Counted from the stretch's first letter, positions 48,637 through 58,238 are shown. The stretch is DNA of 64,000 nt from a candidate division WWE3 bacterium RIFOXYC1_FULL_40_10 (GCA_001773215.1 MEWB01000001.1:742099-806098); one strand, 5' to 3'. Notes: generated from the letters alone by a model not told the origin. A program made the numbers and translations.

Positions 48637-49490
48637 CCATAACCCTCAAGGATTTTTCCGTATGTTGATAAAACTCTATTCGTACAATCGTTCTTATTAA
48701 AATGGATAATCCCTTTTTCAACAACTTCCGTTGTTTTTCTTCTTTTCATGTAATACAACTGCATCTTCATCGCGAGCCATTCTATAAAATCCAAAAACCT
48801 CCCTCTTATAACTCGTTTATTTCTAAAGATCAGCGGCAGGTCAATCGGGAAGTTGGCGAAGTACTTAAAAACCCAATCATTCGCCCGCATAAATTTAAAG
48901 TAATAATCCCTTTTGTTTATAATTGGCTGCATTAGCAAAATATCATGAGCAATATATAAATTTCGCTTGCTCTTCTCCCAAACCATATTGGCCTCATCTA
49001 CATATAAATTCGGACAAATTCGGCCGGCCTCAGAACCGTTTTTAGGATACTTGTTAGTTATTATTAATATCAAAGCTACAAATCCCCTCACCAGCCAGAT
49101 TCGATTTTTTTGTGTCACTATAAACAGGTCCAAATCGGAGTTTGAGGTAGCACTGTATGCTGCAACGGATCCAGTTATCCCGACGTATCTAACCCAGGGT
49201 AAACTGCCTATTAATCCAATTACTTTAGTGTTCTCTCTTATCAAGTGCCTAGAATTTTTTTGGCGGTTTCCCCACTTTACCGGCCGACAACCGCTTAAGT
49301 AATAAAGGTGATTCTTACGTTTAATTTTGTCCTCGGAAATAAGTTTTTTTATTGCTTCCGCCACTTCACTTCCTGAAAAGGCAGTGTCTGTGACTAAGAA
49401 AGTACACAGTTGATAATAAGACAAAGGGTAATCAAAAACTGTTCGATACGCTAAAGTCTTTAAAATTGCATCTTTACAGTCAAATGCCAT
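48627..49490 (-). CDS. Pol-beta-superfamily nucleotidyltransferase-fold protein with an N-terminal winged-helix-like region
   Basis: GITGSVAAYSATSNSDLDLFIV fits hG[GS]x9-13DxD. 287 aa. Start overlaps the rnhA stop by 11 nt. Function unknown. Confidence 0.5.
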   Translation of the reverse strand: MAFDCKDAILKTLAYRTVFDYPLSYYQLCTFLVTDTAFSGSEVAEAIKKLISEDKIKRKNHLYYLSGCRPVKWGNRQKNSRHLIRENTKVIGLIGSLPWVRYVGITGSVAAYSATSNSDLDLFIVTQKNRIWLVRGFVALILIITNKYPKNGSEAGRICPNLYVDEANMVWEKSKRNLYIAHDILLMQPIINKRDYYFKFMRANDWVFKYFANFPIDLPLIFRNKRVIRGRFLDFIEWLAMKMQLYYMKRRKTTEVVEKGIIHFNKNDCTNRVLSTYGKILEGYGIK

Positions 49491-49890
49491 TTTTTTCGTC
49501 TAATGCTTCGTTTACTAAGGCATCAGCCTCCTTATTTTCAGTACGGGGTATGTGAACATAAGTAACCTTTTTGTAGTCCCGTTCCAGTTCCTTAGCTTTT
49601 TTCCAGAATTCTTTCATCCTATCATTCTTTACTTTGTAAACCCCCTTTAGTTGCTTTACTATTAACTCACTATCGAGATAACAAATTATTTCGCTAGCTC
49701 CTTTATCAGTTCCTGCCATCAAACCCGCAATCAAACCCATGTACTCGGCTTCATTGTTTGTTTTAGTACCAAGATATCTATTCGACGAAAAAATCGTCTC
49801 ACAATTCTCATCCTTTAACACTATCCCAAAAGCGGCCGGCCCAGGATTTCCCCTAGCCCCTCCATCAGAGAATAAAGTCATTTTTGCCAT
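49480..49890 (-). CDS. rnhA: Ribonuclease HI
   Basis: SDGGARGNPGPAAFG...EAEY...D RNase H fold motifs, 136 aa. Confidence 0.85.
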   Translation of the reverse strand: MAKMTLFSDGGARGNPGPAAFGIVLKDENCETIFSSNRYLGTKTNNEAEYMGLIAGLMAGTDKGASEIICYLDSELIVKQLKGVYKVKNDRMKEFWKKAKELERDYKKVTYVHIPRTENKEADALVNEALDEKNGI

Positions 49891-50492
49891 AAATATTCCT
49901 TTATAGAAATTAACAAACTTGAAACGATCAAACCCAGCAAACCCCCTGCTACAACGTATTGCCAGAGAAAAATAAAGCCTTGATGCACCAGAGGAGGTGA
50001 TGAAATTTTGGATATAACTATATTTGAGTCCCCATACTCATTGGATGCAGAAACCACTTCTAAAACTGATCCCACAACAGCATCCCAGGTTTTCACAGCA
50101 CCTTCGGCTGTGGGAGACTTTACTGTTACTGTAACAAGCTGTGAACCCTGTTTTTTGGCATTTACTGCCTTTCCAAACTGACTGAAAGTTCTATCATCTG
50201 TACTCATGGCAAGCTTTTGTAAAGCCATGTTTTTCACGTCCACGCTTTCAATTAACGCTAAAACGGTATTTGTATAATTCATGGAAACTTGCTGGGAGTA
50301 ATAACCTTCGTAATTAAAAGCATCCGAAGCAAACAAAGGTTGAATTTTGCGGGTTACTATTAGAGTACCTTCTGCATAATATGGTTTTGGTAAATAGAAT
50401 AGGATTAACCCCAAAGATAATCCCAGTATTAAGGACAAAACGAGAGTTTTTGGTTTTTTCATTAAAATACCAAGTAATTGTTTAAGTTCCAT
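49878..50492 (-). CDS. Wzz/CpsC-like polysaccharide co-polymerase (chain-length determinant)-like protein
   Basis: An N-terminal TM and a C-terminal TM flank a ~150-aa extracytoplasmic domain. The N-terminus resembles the Wzz family. Confidence 0.45.
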   Translation of the reverse strand: MELKQLLGILMKKPKTLVLSLILGLSLGLILFYLPKPYYAEGTLIVTRKIQPLFASDAFNYEGYYSQQVSMNYTNTVLALIESVDVKNMALQKLAMSTDDRTFSQFGKAVNAKKQGSQLVTVTVKSPTAEGAVKTWDAVVGSVLEVVSASNEYGDSNIVISKISSPPLVHQGFIFLWQYVVAGGLLGLIVSSLLISIKEYLWQK

Positions 50493-50499
50493 AGTTGGG

Positions 50500-50528
50500 A
50501 TTATACGTTAGTCGCCAAATTGTGCCAA
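50500..50528 (-). promoter_or_regulatory. Sigma70-like promoter TTGGCA-N17-TATAAT placing the TSS at or 1 nt before the ATG of the Wzz-like gene (leaderless)
   Basis: Consensus hexamers. Only 7 nt separate the -10 from the ATG at 50492, and there is no SD. Confidence 0.45.
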
Positions 50529-50562
50529 GAAAAACCGCCAGGAGCAAAAAACTCGTTGGCGG
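50529..50562 (-). terminator. Terminator after the 89-aa acidic protein gene
   Basis: On the minus strand, CCGCCA-16 nt loop-TGGCGG then TTTTTCT. Confidence 0.4.
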
Positions 50563-50571
50563 TTGCATTGG

Positions 50572-50841
50572 CTAGGCACTGACGTAAAGAGCATCCTCGT
50601 ACATACAGTCCTCGTCATCGTCATCGTAGTCATCTTCCACTTCATATCCCATACTTTCAAATAAAGTTACTAGGTCGGCCTCAACTTCAAACCTTTTTGC
50701 TTGATCCAGGGCTTCTGTCCAAACTCCATTCCCTGCGAAATATTTGTGATCACTATACCTTTGAACAACAAAAGCATAGTAGAGAATATCATCGGGATCC
50801 GGCCCAACTTGAATCGGAATTATACAGATATAATTGGCCAT
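50572..50841 (-). CDS. Small acidic protein (89 aa, Asp/Glu-rich C-terminus)
   Basis: GAGACAGC RBS-like sequence upstream. Divergent from hrcA. Confidence 0.45.
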   Translation of the reverse strand: MANYICIIPIQVGPDPDDILYYAFVVQRYSDHKYFAGNGVWTEALDQAKRFEVEADLVTLFESMGYEVEDDYDDDDEDCMYEDALYVSA

Positions 50842-50905
50842 TGCTGTCTCCTTTTAGAAAATCGGTTCGTTATAGTATACAACATTTATCACTTCACAAA
50901 ACCCA

Positions 50906-50933
50906 TTGACACTGTTATCACTCGTGCTATATT
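50906..50933 (+). promoter_or_regulatory. Sigma70-like promoter TTGACA-N16-TATATT with an embedded degenerate CIRCE half-site upstream of hrcA
   Basis: TTATCACTC-N9-TAGTGACAG: the first half matches 8/9 of TTAGCACTC, the second half 5/9. The -10 lies 8 nt before the hrcA ATG (leaderless-like). Confidence 0.4.
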
Positions 50934-50941
50934 AGTGACAG

Positions 50942-51664
50942 ATGTTAACTGAAAGACAAATAAAACTCATAGAGGCAATTATCAACGAATATATTAATAC
51001 TTCCGAGCCTGTTGGGTCGGTGGAACTGGTTGATAGATACAATCTCAAGTTCTCTGCCGCAACAGTACGAAACGAAATGGCACGGCTCATAGAAATGGGC
51101 TTTTTACAAATGCTACACGCTTCCTCGGGGAGAGTTCCTACAAAATCAGCTTATCGATTTTATTTAACCGACTTAATGGACGAAGAAGAAATTCCGGTGT
51201 TACAAGAAGTAGCTATGAAGCAGCGCCTTTGGCCATCAAGATACCAATTCGAAAGATTACTTAAGGATGCTGCTATTGCTTTATCGGAAATGACTAACTA
51301 TTTGGTAATCGCCTCTACCAGCGACGGATATATTACAAATGCAGGTGCTTCAAACGTGTTGGAAAATCGCGAATTTTGGGACATAGACGCTGCTAAAGCC
51401 GCATTACAGCTTTTGGATGACAGAGAGCTATTTGAAAACATCTTAAGCTCAGTGCCACAAACAACCGAAGTTAAATGCTTAATAGAGGATGAAATTGGAA
51501 TAGAAAAACTGGCAAACTGTGCGATAGTGTACGCCGATTATAAAACACCAAATAAGAGCGGAAATATAGCTGTGCTTGGACCTTCAAGGATGCGATATCA
51601 TCAAGTTGTACCAGATGTGAGATATACAAAATCTGTGATTGAAGAACTAGGCGGGGCATGGTAA
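50942..51664 (+). CDS. hrcA: Heat-inducible transcription repressor HrcA (compact, 240 aa)
   Basis: MLTERQIKLIEAIINEYINTSEPVGS winged-helix N-terminus typical of HrcA. Sits upstream of grpE-dnaK. Confidence 0.8.
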   Translation: MLTERQIKLIEAIINEYINTSEPVGSVELVDRYNLKFSAATVRNEMARLIEMGFLQMLHASSGRVPTKSAYRFYLTDLMDEEEIPVLQEVAMKQRLWPSRYQFERLLKDAAIALSEMTNYLVIASTSDGYITNAGASNVLENREFWDIDAAKAALQLLDDRELFENILSSVPQTTEVKCLIEDEIGIEKLANCAIVYADYKTPNKSGNIAVLGPSRMRYHQVVPDVRYTKSVIEELGGAW

Positions 51665-51681
51665 CAATTTCTAATTAACTT

Positions 51682-52143
51682 ATGGACGATAGTAGCCAAC
51701 CAAAAGCGGATAATAATATAGAGAATCAACTTAGAGAGGTTGAAACTAAGTTAGTCGAGATGGAAAATAACTGGAAGAGAGCATTGGCAGACTATAAAAA
51801 TTTAGAAAAAAGAGTAATTGAAGAAAAAGAATATATTTTAAAAACTGCGGGAGTAGCAATCATTGCTCAGCTTTTACCTGTGATGGACAATTTGGAAATG
51901 GTCTCGAAACATTGTGATGATACAGGGTTGAAAATAACTGTTAAAGACTTTAAGGGTATTTTTGGGGAACTTGGAGTTGAAGAGATAAATCCAATTGAAC
52001 AACACTTTTCTTCTGACACAATGGACGCTATCGAAACTGTGGAAGGTGAAAAGGACAAGGTTATCGAGGTATTAAGAAAAGGTTACAAAATTAATGGTAA
52101 TTTAATTAGACCTGCCGGAGTAAAGGTAGGCAAAGGAAAATAA
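51682..52143 (+). CDS. grpE: Nucleotide exchange factor GrpE
   Basis: Coiled-coil N-terminus plus GrpE C-terminal pattern (YKNLEKR...LPVMDNLE...[16 protein letters not shown]). Confidence 0.85.
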   Translation: MDDSSQPKADNNIENQLREVETKLVEMENNWKRALADYKNLEKRVIEEKEYILKTAGVAIIAQLLPVMDNLEMVSKHCDDTGLKITVKDFKGIFGELGVEEINPIEQHFSSDTMDAIETVEGEKDKVIEVLRKGYKINGNLIRPAGVKVGKGK

Positions 52144-52145
52144 AT

Positions 52146-54035
52146 ATGGCGAAAATATTAGGAATAGATTTAGGAACTACTAACTCGTGCATGGCCGTTA
52201 TGGAAAGCGGTCAGCCGAAAGTAATTCCAAATGCGGAGGGTGGCAACACAACTCCATCAATAGTAGTTGCCGACCAAAACATAGTTGGTGTGCCTGCAAA
52301 ACGCCAGCAAATAGTAAACCCAAAAAATACTGTTTACAGTATAAAAAGATTGATGGGCATGAAATACTCGGATCCCGAGGTTCAGGAAATGAAAAAAAAT
52401 TACCCCTACGCTATCGTCGAAGGTCCAAATGGATTAGCCTGCGTAGAGGTCGAAGGAAAAACTTACACACCTCAAGAAGTTTCTGCCAAAATTTTGGCTA
52501 AAATGAAAGCAGATGCTGAAAAGTTTTTGGGACAAACGATTACCCAAGCGGTTATTACAGTTCCGGCATACTTTAACGACGCCCAAAGAAACGCTACCAA
52601 AGAGGCAGGGCAGATCGCGGGATTTACAGTTGAGAGAATTATTAACGAGCCTACCGCGGCATCACTTGCCTACGGTCTCGACAAGAAAACCAATCAAAAA
52701 ATAGTGGTCTACGACTTGGGAGGCGGAACATTTGATGTTTCCGTTTTAGAAGTTGGGGACGGAGTATTTGAAGTTAAATCAACAAGTGGTGATACACACT
52801 TGGGTGGCGATGACTTTGACAAAAAAGTAATGGACTGGCTTTTGGAGGAATTTAAAAAAGAATCAGGAATAGATTTGGTAGGTGACAGACAGGCTTTACA
52901 AAGATTAAAAGATGCCGCCGAAAAAGCCAAGATTGAATTGTCGTCAACAATGGAAACCGAAATCAGTATTCCGTTTATCACGGCTGATCAAACGGGACCT
53001 AAGCATTTATCTTTGAAATTAACCAGATCGAAACTGGAGCAGCTTGTCGATGACTTACTTCAAAGAACTATAAAACCTATGGAAAATGCGTTAAAAGACG
53101 CCGGTTTAGACAAAAGCGCAATAGATGAAGTGGTAATGGTAGGCGGCATGACCAGGATGCCTAAGGTAAACGAAATTGTTAAAAACTTCTACGGCAAAGA
53201 ACCTCATAAAGGTGTAAATCCCGACGAAGTTGTAGCAGTAGGAGCCGCTATCCAAGGTGGAGTCCTAGGAGGAGATGTTAAAGATGTGTTGCTTTTGGAC
53301 GTAACTCCACTAACATTGGGCATCGAAACCCTCGGGGGAGTCTCTACTCCATTGATTAAGCGAAATACCACAATTCCTACATCTGCGTCACAGGTGTTTT
53401 CAACAGCGGCCGATAACCAGACAAGCGTAGAAATAAATGTATTACAAGGAGAACGCGAAATGGCGGCTGATAATAAATCGTTGGGCAGGTTTATGCTCGA
53501 CGGAATTCCCCCTGCTCCAAGAGGCATGCCTCAGGTAGAAGTTACCTTTGACATAGACGCAAACGGAATAATAAACGTTTCAGCAAAGGACAAAGCTACA
53601 AATAAGGTTCAAAAAATAACTATTCAAGGTGGCACAGGGCTTGGAAAAGATGAAATAGAAAAAATGGTTAAAGATGCCGAGGCTCACGCCAGCGAAGATA
53701 AAAAGCGTAAAGAACAGGTTGACGCAAGGAATGTTGCCGATACTTTGTGCTACACAGCTGAGAAGGCATTGAAAGATGCCGGAGATAAAGTTCCTGCTGA
53801 TGTAAAAAGCTCTATTGAATCTAAGGTAAAAGATATAAGGGATGTGTTACAAACTGCGGATGTGGAAACATTGAAGTCTAAAACGGAAGCTTTAAGCTCG
53901 GAAATCCAGAAAATTGGGGAAGCAATGTATAAGCAGGGGCAGGAGCAGAATCCAAATCCAAACCCAGGAGAAGGCCCAAAGGCAGAAGATGATAACAAAA
54001 AGGACGAGCCTGTTGAGGGTGAGGTCGTGGAATAA
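52146..54035 (+). CDS. dnaK: Chaperone DnaK (Hsp70)
   Basis: [16 protein letters not shown], and the full Hsp70 NBD/SBD; 629 aa. Confidence 0.95.
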   Translation: MAKILGIDLGTTNSCMAVMESGQPKVIPNAEGGNTTPSIVVADQNIVGVPAKRQQIVNPKNTVYSIKRLMGMKYSDPEVQEMKKNYPYAIVEGPNGLACVEVEGKTYTPQEVSAKILAKMKADAEKFLGQTITQAVITVPAYFNDAQRNATKEAGQIAGFTVERIINEPTAASLAYGLDKKTNQKIVVYDLGGGTFDVSVLEVGDGVFEVKSTSGDTHLGGDDFDKKVMDWLLEEFKKESGIDLVGDRQALQRLKDAAEKAKIELSSTMETEISIPFITADQTGPKHLSLKLTRSKLEQLVDDLLQRTIKPMENALKDAGLDKSAIDEVVMVGGMTRMPKVNEIVKNFYGKEPHKGVNPDEVVAVGAAIQGGVLGGDVKDVLLLDVTPLTLGIETLGGVSTPLIKRNTTIPTSASQVFSTAADNQTSVEINVLQGEREMAADNKSLGRFMLDGIPPAPRGMPQVEVTFDIDANGIINVSAKDKATNKVQKITIQGGTGLGKDEIEKMVKDAEAHASEDKKRKEQVDARNVADTLCYTAEKALKDAGDKVPADVKSSIESKVKDIRDVLQTADVETLKSKTEALSSEIQKIGEAMYKQGQEQNPNPNPGEGPKAEDDNKKDEPVEGEVVE

Positions 54036-54047
54036 CACTACTATAGG

Positions 54048-54076
54048 TTGACAAATCCTTTGTTTTTTGCTATAAT
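54048..54076 (+). promoter_or_regulatory. Perfect-consensus sigma70 promoter TTGACA-N17-TATAAT immediately after dnaK
   Basis: Exact consensus hexamers with a 17-nt spacer. Drives the GC-shifted Cys-rich ORF. Confidence 0.6.
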
Positions 54077-54147
54077 ACCGGCATATATGGCTCCAGCTAT
54101 CCAATGCATTGCAAAGGAAGAAAATTCACGGAGCAAAAGGAGTGTTT

Positions 54148-54654
54148 GTGAAAAACGAAGGGTTTTTGAAAAATGGTAAGGTTCCAAAGGAAGTAAAGAC
54201 CCTGCTCAAAGAGGCCTATTCCACGGGTGGCTTTCTCACCCTGATAGAGAAAACAATAGAAATGCTTGGCAGATATAGTATGCCATGCTGGCGTCTTATG
54301 AATCAGTCCATCAAGACACTGCCAGTCCCAGATATGGAAACCATCAACAAATTCCTTGCCCTTGAGCTCCCTCCATCTATCAAAGAGGTAGCACGGGACT
54401 TCTGGCCAAGATACGAAGAAAAGGTATTTTGGAGCGGGCTAATCGAGGATCAGGAATATGCATCTATCGAAGAAGCCCGGGTTGCAGAACCGGAAACACC
54501 TTGGTTTCACAAGACCACGCTGTGGTTTGTGAGAGAAGGCCCCTGGCTAAACGTCTCTTGCAAGGGGATTTGTGTGGACACCAATTGCCGGTGCAATGGT
54601 TCAACCTGGTATTATGATGATTCGCATAGATACCGGGAAGAATACGATCTTTAA
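54148..54654 (+). CDS. Hypothetical Cys-rich protein (168-181 aa), compositionally atypical orphan
   Basis: AAGGAG-5 nt-GTG start at 54148; the track alternative is a TTG at 54109. C-terminal CKGICVDTNCRCNG. GC and codon choice (CTG, CCC, GGC) look higher than the neighbours by eye. Confidence 0.5.
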   Translation: MKNEGFLKNGKVPKEVKTLLKEAYSTGGFLTLIEKTIEMLGRYSMPCWRLMNQSIKTLPVPDMETINKFLALELPPSIKEVARDFWPRYEEKVFWSGLIEDQEYASIEEARVAEPETPWFHKTTLWFVREGPWLNVSCKGICVDTNCRCNGSTWYYDDSHRYREEYDL

Positions 54655-54773
54655 TTTCAAATAAGAAGAGCAGAAATCTACTATTTGTAGATACCGTAAG
54701 CAAAGACCTAGCTTACAGGTACCCCGCCTGCCGCCTTATTCAAAGGTAAATAGGGGATGATGCAATTATTAAA

Positions 54774-54805
54774 CCCGCAGAACTTATTATCTGCGGGTTT
54801 TTTTT
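54774..54805 (+). terminator. Strong rho-independent terminator
   Basis: CCCGCAGA-8 nt loop-TCTGCGGG followed by TTTTTTTTATT. Confidence 0.75.
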
Positions 54806-54816
54806 ATTCCCCACGC

Positions 54817-54845
54817 TTGCCCCCATAACCCAAAAGAGATAATAT
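54817..54845 (+). promoter_or_regulatory. Sigma70-like promoter TTGCCC-N17-TAATAT, 9 nt upstream of the 54855 ATG
   Basis: Hexamers and spacing fit. No SD, and the distance implies a leaderless or ~3-nt-leader transcript. Confidence 0.4.
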
Positions 54846-54854
54846 TTAACCATT

Positions 54855-55115
54855 ATGGATATATTACAAATTGCCCTCATAGTAGTATTGATTCTTTTAG
54901 CAGTTAACTTAGTAATAGTTGCAATATACGTTACCCTGACGATGCGAGAATTTAGAGCGGCTATTAAAAAAGCCAGTAACGTACTTGATAATGTGGAAAC
55001 CGTGTCGGAACCCCTTTCTGCGGTTGCCGGAATAATTGCCGGTGTATCTCAAAGTGTTAAAACAATTAAAGAAATTGGTAATTTAATTGATTCTAAAAAG
55101 AGAAAGGAGGAATAA
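54855..55115 (+). CDS. YtxG-like (DUF948) small membrane-anchored protein
   Basis: N-terminal TM plus a helical C-terminus. Paired with the YtxH-like gene downstream, as in the Bacillus ytxGH arrangement. Confidence 0.45.
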   Translation: MDILQIALIVVLILLAVNLVIVAIYVTLTMREFRAAIKKASNVLDNVETVSEPLSAVAGIIAGVSQSVKTIKEIGNLIDSKKRKEE

Positions 55116-55118
55116 AAC

Positions 55119-55445
55119 ATGACGGAAAATATTGAGAAGAAAAAAAGCGGATTTGTTGGAGGAGCTTTTTTGGGAGCCTTATTTGGATCGATACTTGGAA
55201 TTCTGTTCGCACCCGCTTCAGGTAAGGAAACACGCGGTAAGATTAAGGAAGGAGCTAAGGATGTAGCTGAAAAAGGAAAAGACGTTTACGAAGCAGCTAA
55301 AGATAAGATAGAACCTATTGTTAAAGAAGCTTCAGAAAAAGCTAAAGCTGCAGCCGAGGCCGGAAAAGACTTCGTTACAGATGCAAAAGAGGAAATCGAA
55401 GAAAAAATCGAAGAAGTGAAAGAAAAGCTTTCCTCTAGGGAATAA
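55119..55445 (+). CDS. YtxH-like protein
   Basis: GxxxGxxxGxLFAPASGKETR N-terminal motif, then a Lys/Glu/Ala-rich helical region. GGAGG RBS. Confidence 0.6.
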   Translation: MTENIEKKKSGFVGGAFLGALFGSILGILFAPASGKETRGKIKEGAKDVAEKGKDVYEAAKDKIEPIVKEASEKAKAAAEAGKDFVTDAKEEIEEKIEEVKEKLSSRE

Positions 55446-55453
55446 CTACAAAT

Positions 55454-55858
55454 ATGGATCAAAACCTGCCTATTAATCCTGACATAAGTAATCCGGTGTT
55501 GCCTTTGGGCCACCGGGTTATCCAGCCTGCTAAGGTTGAAGCCGCCGGATATATGCCTGTTAGTGTAGAGAGCGTAAGTTCTATATCGGCAGAACAAAAC
55601 AGTGAAGCGCAAAGAACTCCCGAGGCATTCACCCTACCTAATCAAGCACTGGCTCCATCAGTTGACCAACCGGCACCTATACCTCCCCAGCAAACACAGC
55701 AGCAGCCTGCCGTTTCGAACGTAGTAAATACTACTGATCAAGTTTTGCCTGAGCATAAGCTAATAACAAGCGATACCCTAACAACCCTAGCAGACCAAGA
55801 GGAACAAGAGTTTATTGATAAAGTAGAGGAGGCTCATGGAGTTGGAAGCCACAATTAA
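55454..55858 (+). CDS. Low-complexity Pro/Gln-rich hypothetical protein (134 aa)
   Basis: PAPIPPQQTQQQPAVS segment. The 3' end overlaps the start of the coupling-ATPase gene by 23 nt. Confidence 0.4.
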   Translation: MDQNLPINPDISNPVLPLGHRVIQPAKVEAAGYMPVSVESVSSISAEQNSEAQRTPEAFTLPNQALAPSVDQPAPIPPQQTQQQPAVSNVVNTTDQVLPEHKLITSDTLTTLADQEEQEFIDKVEEAHGVGSHN

Positions 55859-58238
55859 TTCCTGGATAAGCTACTTTTTTATGGCATTAATTGCCGGGAT
55901 AGTATTTTTTTCGATCATACTGTTTTTTGCCTGGAGAAAAAAGAAGAAAAACGAAACCGCATACCAATACAACCTTACCTTTTTGCACATTAAAGTACCC
56001 AGTACAAACGAGTATGAAATAAAAATAGCCGAAACCTTTTTTTCCAATTTGATCGGTTTGAAAAAAAGTTTTTGGCAGTCGTTATTTTCTGATCAATACA
56101 GAATTTCCTTTGAAATAGTATCCAAAAGTGACGGTATCGGATTTTACGTGGTAGTACCCGATGAAATTGCCGCTCTTGTAGAAAAACAAATCAACGCAGC
56201 TTACCCTGAGGCCGAGATAGATATCGTTAATCCCCAGGAAATTTGGGACCGGGGCGAATATACAAAAGTAGCGGAATTAAAGCTGAAAGGAGCAAATTAT
56301 TATCCAATAAAAGATCATGAAGACATCAAAAATGATCCCCTAAAGGGTATTACTTCGGCAATGAGTAAGATGGGGAATGACGAAGTGTTAGCCCTGCAAT
56401 ATATAATCGCCCCAGCCAGTGACGCGTGGAGACTAGCCGGACGCAGTTTTGTTACCAGGATTAAAAACTCAGCGGCCAACCCTGAAAAAAAGACTAACGT
56501 TGACACGTCCTTTTTAGAAAAAATTGAAAAAAAGATCGCAAATCCCGGATTTTATACAAAAATAAGGATAGTATCCATCGCCAAGGATCCGTTTGCAGCG
56601 GAAACCTTGATTCAAAACGCTATTAATTCATTCGAGCAGTTTTCCGATGTTAACTACAATAAATTCGTTAGGAGAACCCCTTTTTCGAATAAAAGATGGA
56701 TTAACAATTTCGTGTATAGAAAAATGGATCCGATAGAAATTGCCATCCCTGTGGTTGGCACAATTTTGTTCACAAATGTATCAGTTCTAAACACTGTAGA
56801 GCTTGCCACAATATTCCACATGCCTAATAAAGACACCGGCACACCCAAAATTTTGTGGCTGACTGCCAGAAAAGCCTCTGCCCCGGCAAATGTTCCCTCG
56901 GAAGGATTGTATCTTGGCAAAAATATATTTAGAGGCGTGGAAAAACCTATTTTCATGAATGAAAAGGACCGTTCGCGGCATTTTTACATAATTGGACAAA
57001 CCGGTACCGGTAAATCCGTGCTAATGAAGTGGTTGGCACTGCAGGATATAAAAAATGGGGAGGGTTTGGCGATAATCGATCCCCATGGTACAGACATTTC
57101 AGACCTGTTACCTCAAATACCACGCGAAAGAATTGATGACGTTATCTATTTCGACGCATCCGACACAGAACGCCCTCTGGGAATTAACTTACTGGAAGCT
57201 CATTCCGAAGAAGAGAAGCACATGGTCATTAATTCATTTATTGCTTTATTGTACAAACTGTATGATCCCAACCACCAAGGCATTATGGGACCACAGTTAG
57301 AGCGTTCAATTCGTAACTGCATGCTCACTGCAATGGCAGACCCTACAAGTACAATGATCGACGTGATGCGCTTGCTAATTGACGGCAATTATTACAAAAA
57401 ATTCTTGCCGATGCTTAACGATCCTTTGGTTACAAGATATTGGACGGATGAAATGGCCAATACCAGCGACTATCACAAAAGTGAAAAAATGGGCTACATG
57501 GTATCTAAGTTTGATCGCTTTGTAACCGACAGAACCATGAGAAATATAATAGGTCAACCAACCTCAGCCTTTAATTTTCCTGATATTATGGCTCAAAAGA
57601 AAATCCTTCTTATCGATCTTGCTAAAGGTAAGCTTGGAGAAGAAAATTCCACGTTCTTAGGCCTTCTGCTTGTACCACGCATTTTGGCAGCTGCCCTGCA
57701 ACGCCACAAATTAATAGGAACGGATTTTCCTAATTTCTATTTATACGTAGACGAATTCCAAAACTTTGCTACTCCCGACTTTGCGACAATTCTATCCGAG
57801 GCCAGAAAATATAAATTGAATCTTATTGTGGGACACCAGTTTATAGATCAATTAGAAGACGATATTAAAGAGGCAATATTTGGAAACGTGGGGACGATGG
57901 CAACTTTTAGAGTTGGCTCTGATGACGCGGAATTCCTAAAAACTCAGTTTGAGCCAACCTTTACCGACAGAGACTTAATAAATCTCCCGATATTTAACAG
58001 CTACATGAAACTGCTCATTGACGGCCACCCTTCTCCACCATTCTCATTAGTTGTAGATACTGAAAAAACATTTAGCCAACCAAGTGATCCCGATGTAGAA
58101 AAAACCATAATCCAAAATTCCCGAATGAAATACGGCAAAAGCGCGGAGGAAGTTGAAAAGTTCATTACCAAAGCCGCGGGAATAGAGGAACCGAAAGTAG
58201 AGGAGTTCCCTGCTTTACGACCGAAGCTGCCATTCTAA
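55836..58238 (+). CDS. TraD/TraG/VirD4-like (type IV coupling protein-like) membrane ATPase
   Basis: N-terminal TM. Walker A IIGQTGTGKS then AIIDPHG. Walker B LYVDEFQNF then KYKLNLIVGHQFIDQLEDDIKEAIFGNVGTMATFRVGSDD, paralleling the TraD C-terminal NBD (LFIDEL...GLRVVAGLQSTSQLDDVYG). Confidence 0.65.
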   Translation: MELEATINSWISYFFMALIAGIVFFSIILFFAWRKKKKNETAYQYNLTFLHIKVPSTNEYEIKIAETFFSNLIGLKKSFWQSLFSDQYRISFEIVSKSDGIGFYVVVPDEIAALVEKQINAAYPEAEIDIVNPQEIWDRGEYTKVAELKLKGANYYPIKDHEDIKNDPLKGITSAMSKMGNDEVLALQYIIAPASDAWRLAGRSFVTRIKNSAANPEKKTNVDTSFLEKIEKKIANPGFYTKIRIVSIAKDPFAAETLIQNAINSFEQFSDVNYNKFVRRTPFSNKRWINNFVYRKMDPIEIAIPVVGTILFTNVSVLNTVELATIFHMPNKDTGTPKILWLTARKASAPANVPSEGLYLGKNIFRGVEKPIFMNEKDRSRHFYIIGQTGTGKSVLMKWLALQDIKNGEGLAIIDPHGTDISDLLPQIPRERIDDVIYFDASDTERPLGINLLEAHSEEEKHMVINSFIALLYKLYDPNHQGIMGPQLERSIRNCMLTAMADPTSTMIDVMRLLIDGNYYKKFLPMLNDPLVTRYWTDEMANTSDYHKSEKMGYMVSKFDRFVTDRTMRNIIGQPTSAFNFPDIMAQKKILLIDLAKGKLGEENSTFLGLLLVPRILAAALQRHKLIGTDFPNFYLYVDEFQNFATPDFATILSEARKYKLNLIVGHQFIDQLEDDIKEAIFGNVGTMATFRVGSDDAEFLKTQFEPTFTDRDLINLPIFNSYMKLLIDGHPSPPFSLVVDTEKTFSQPSDPDVEKTIIQNSRMKYGKSAEEVEKFITKAAGIEEPKVEEFPALRPKLPF

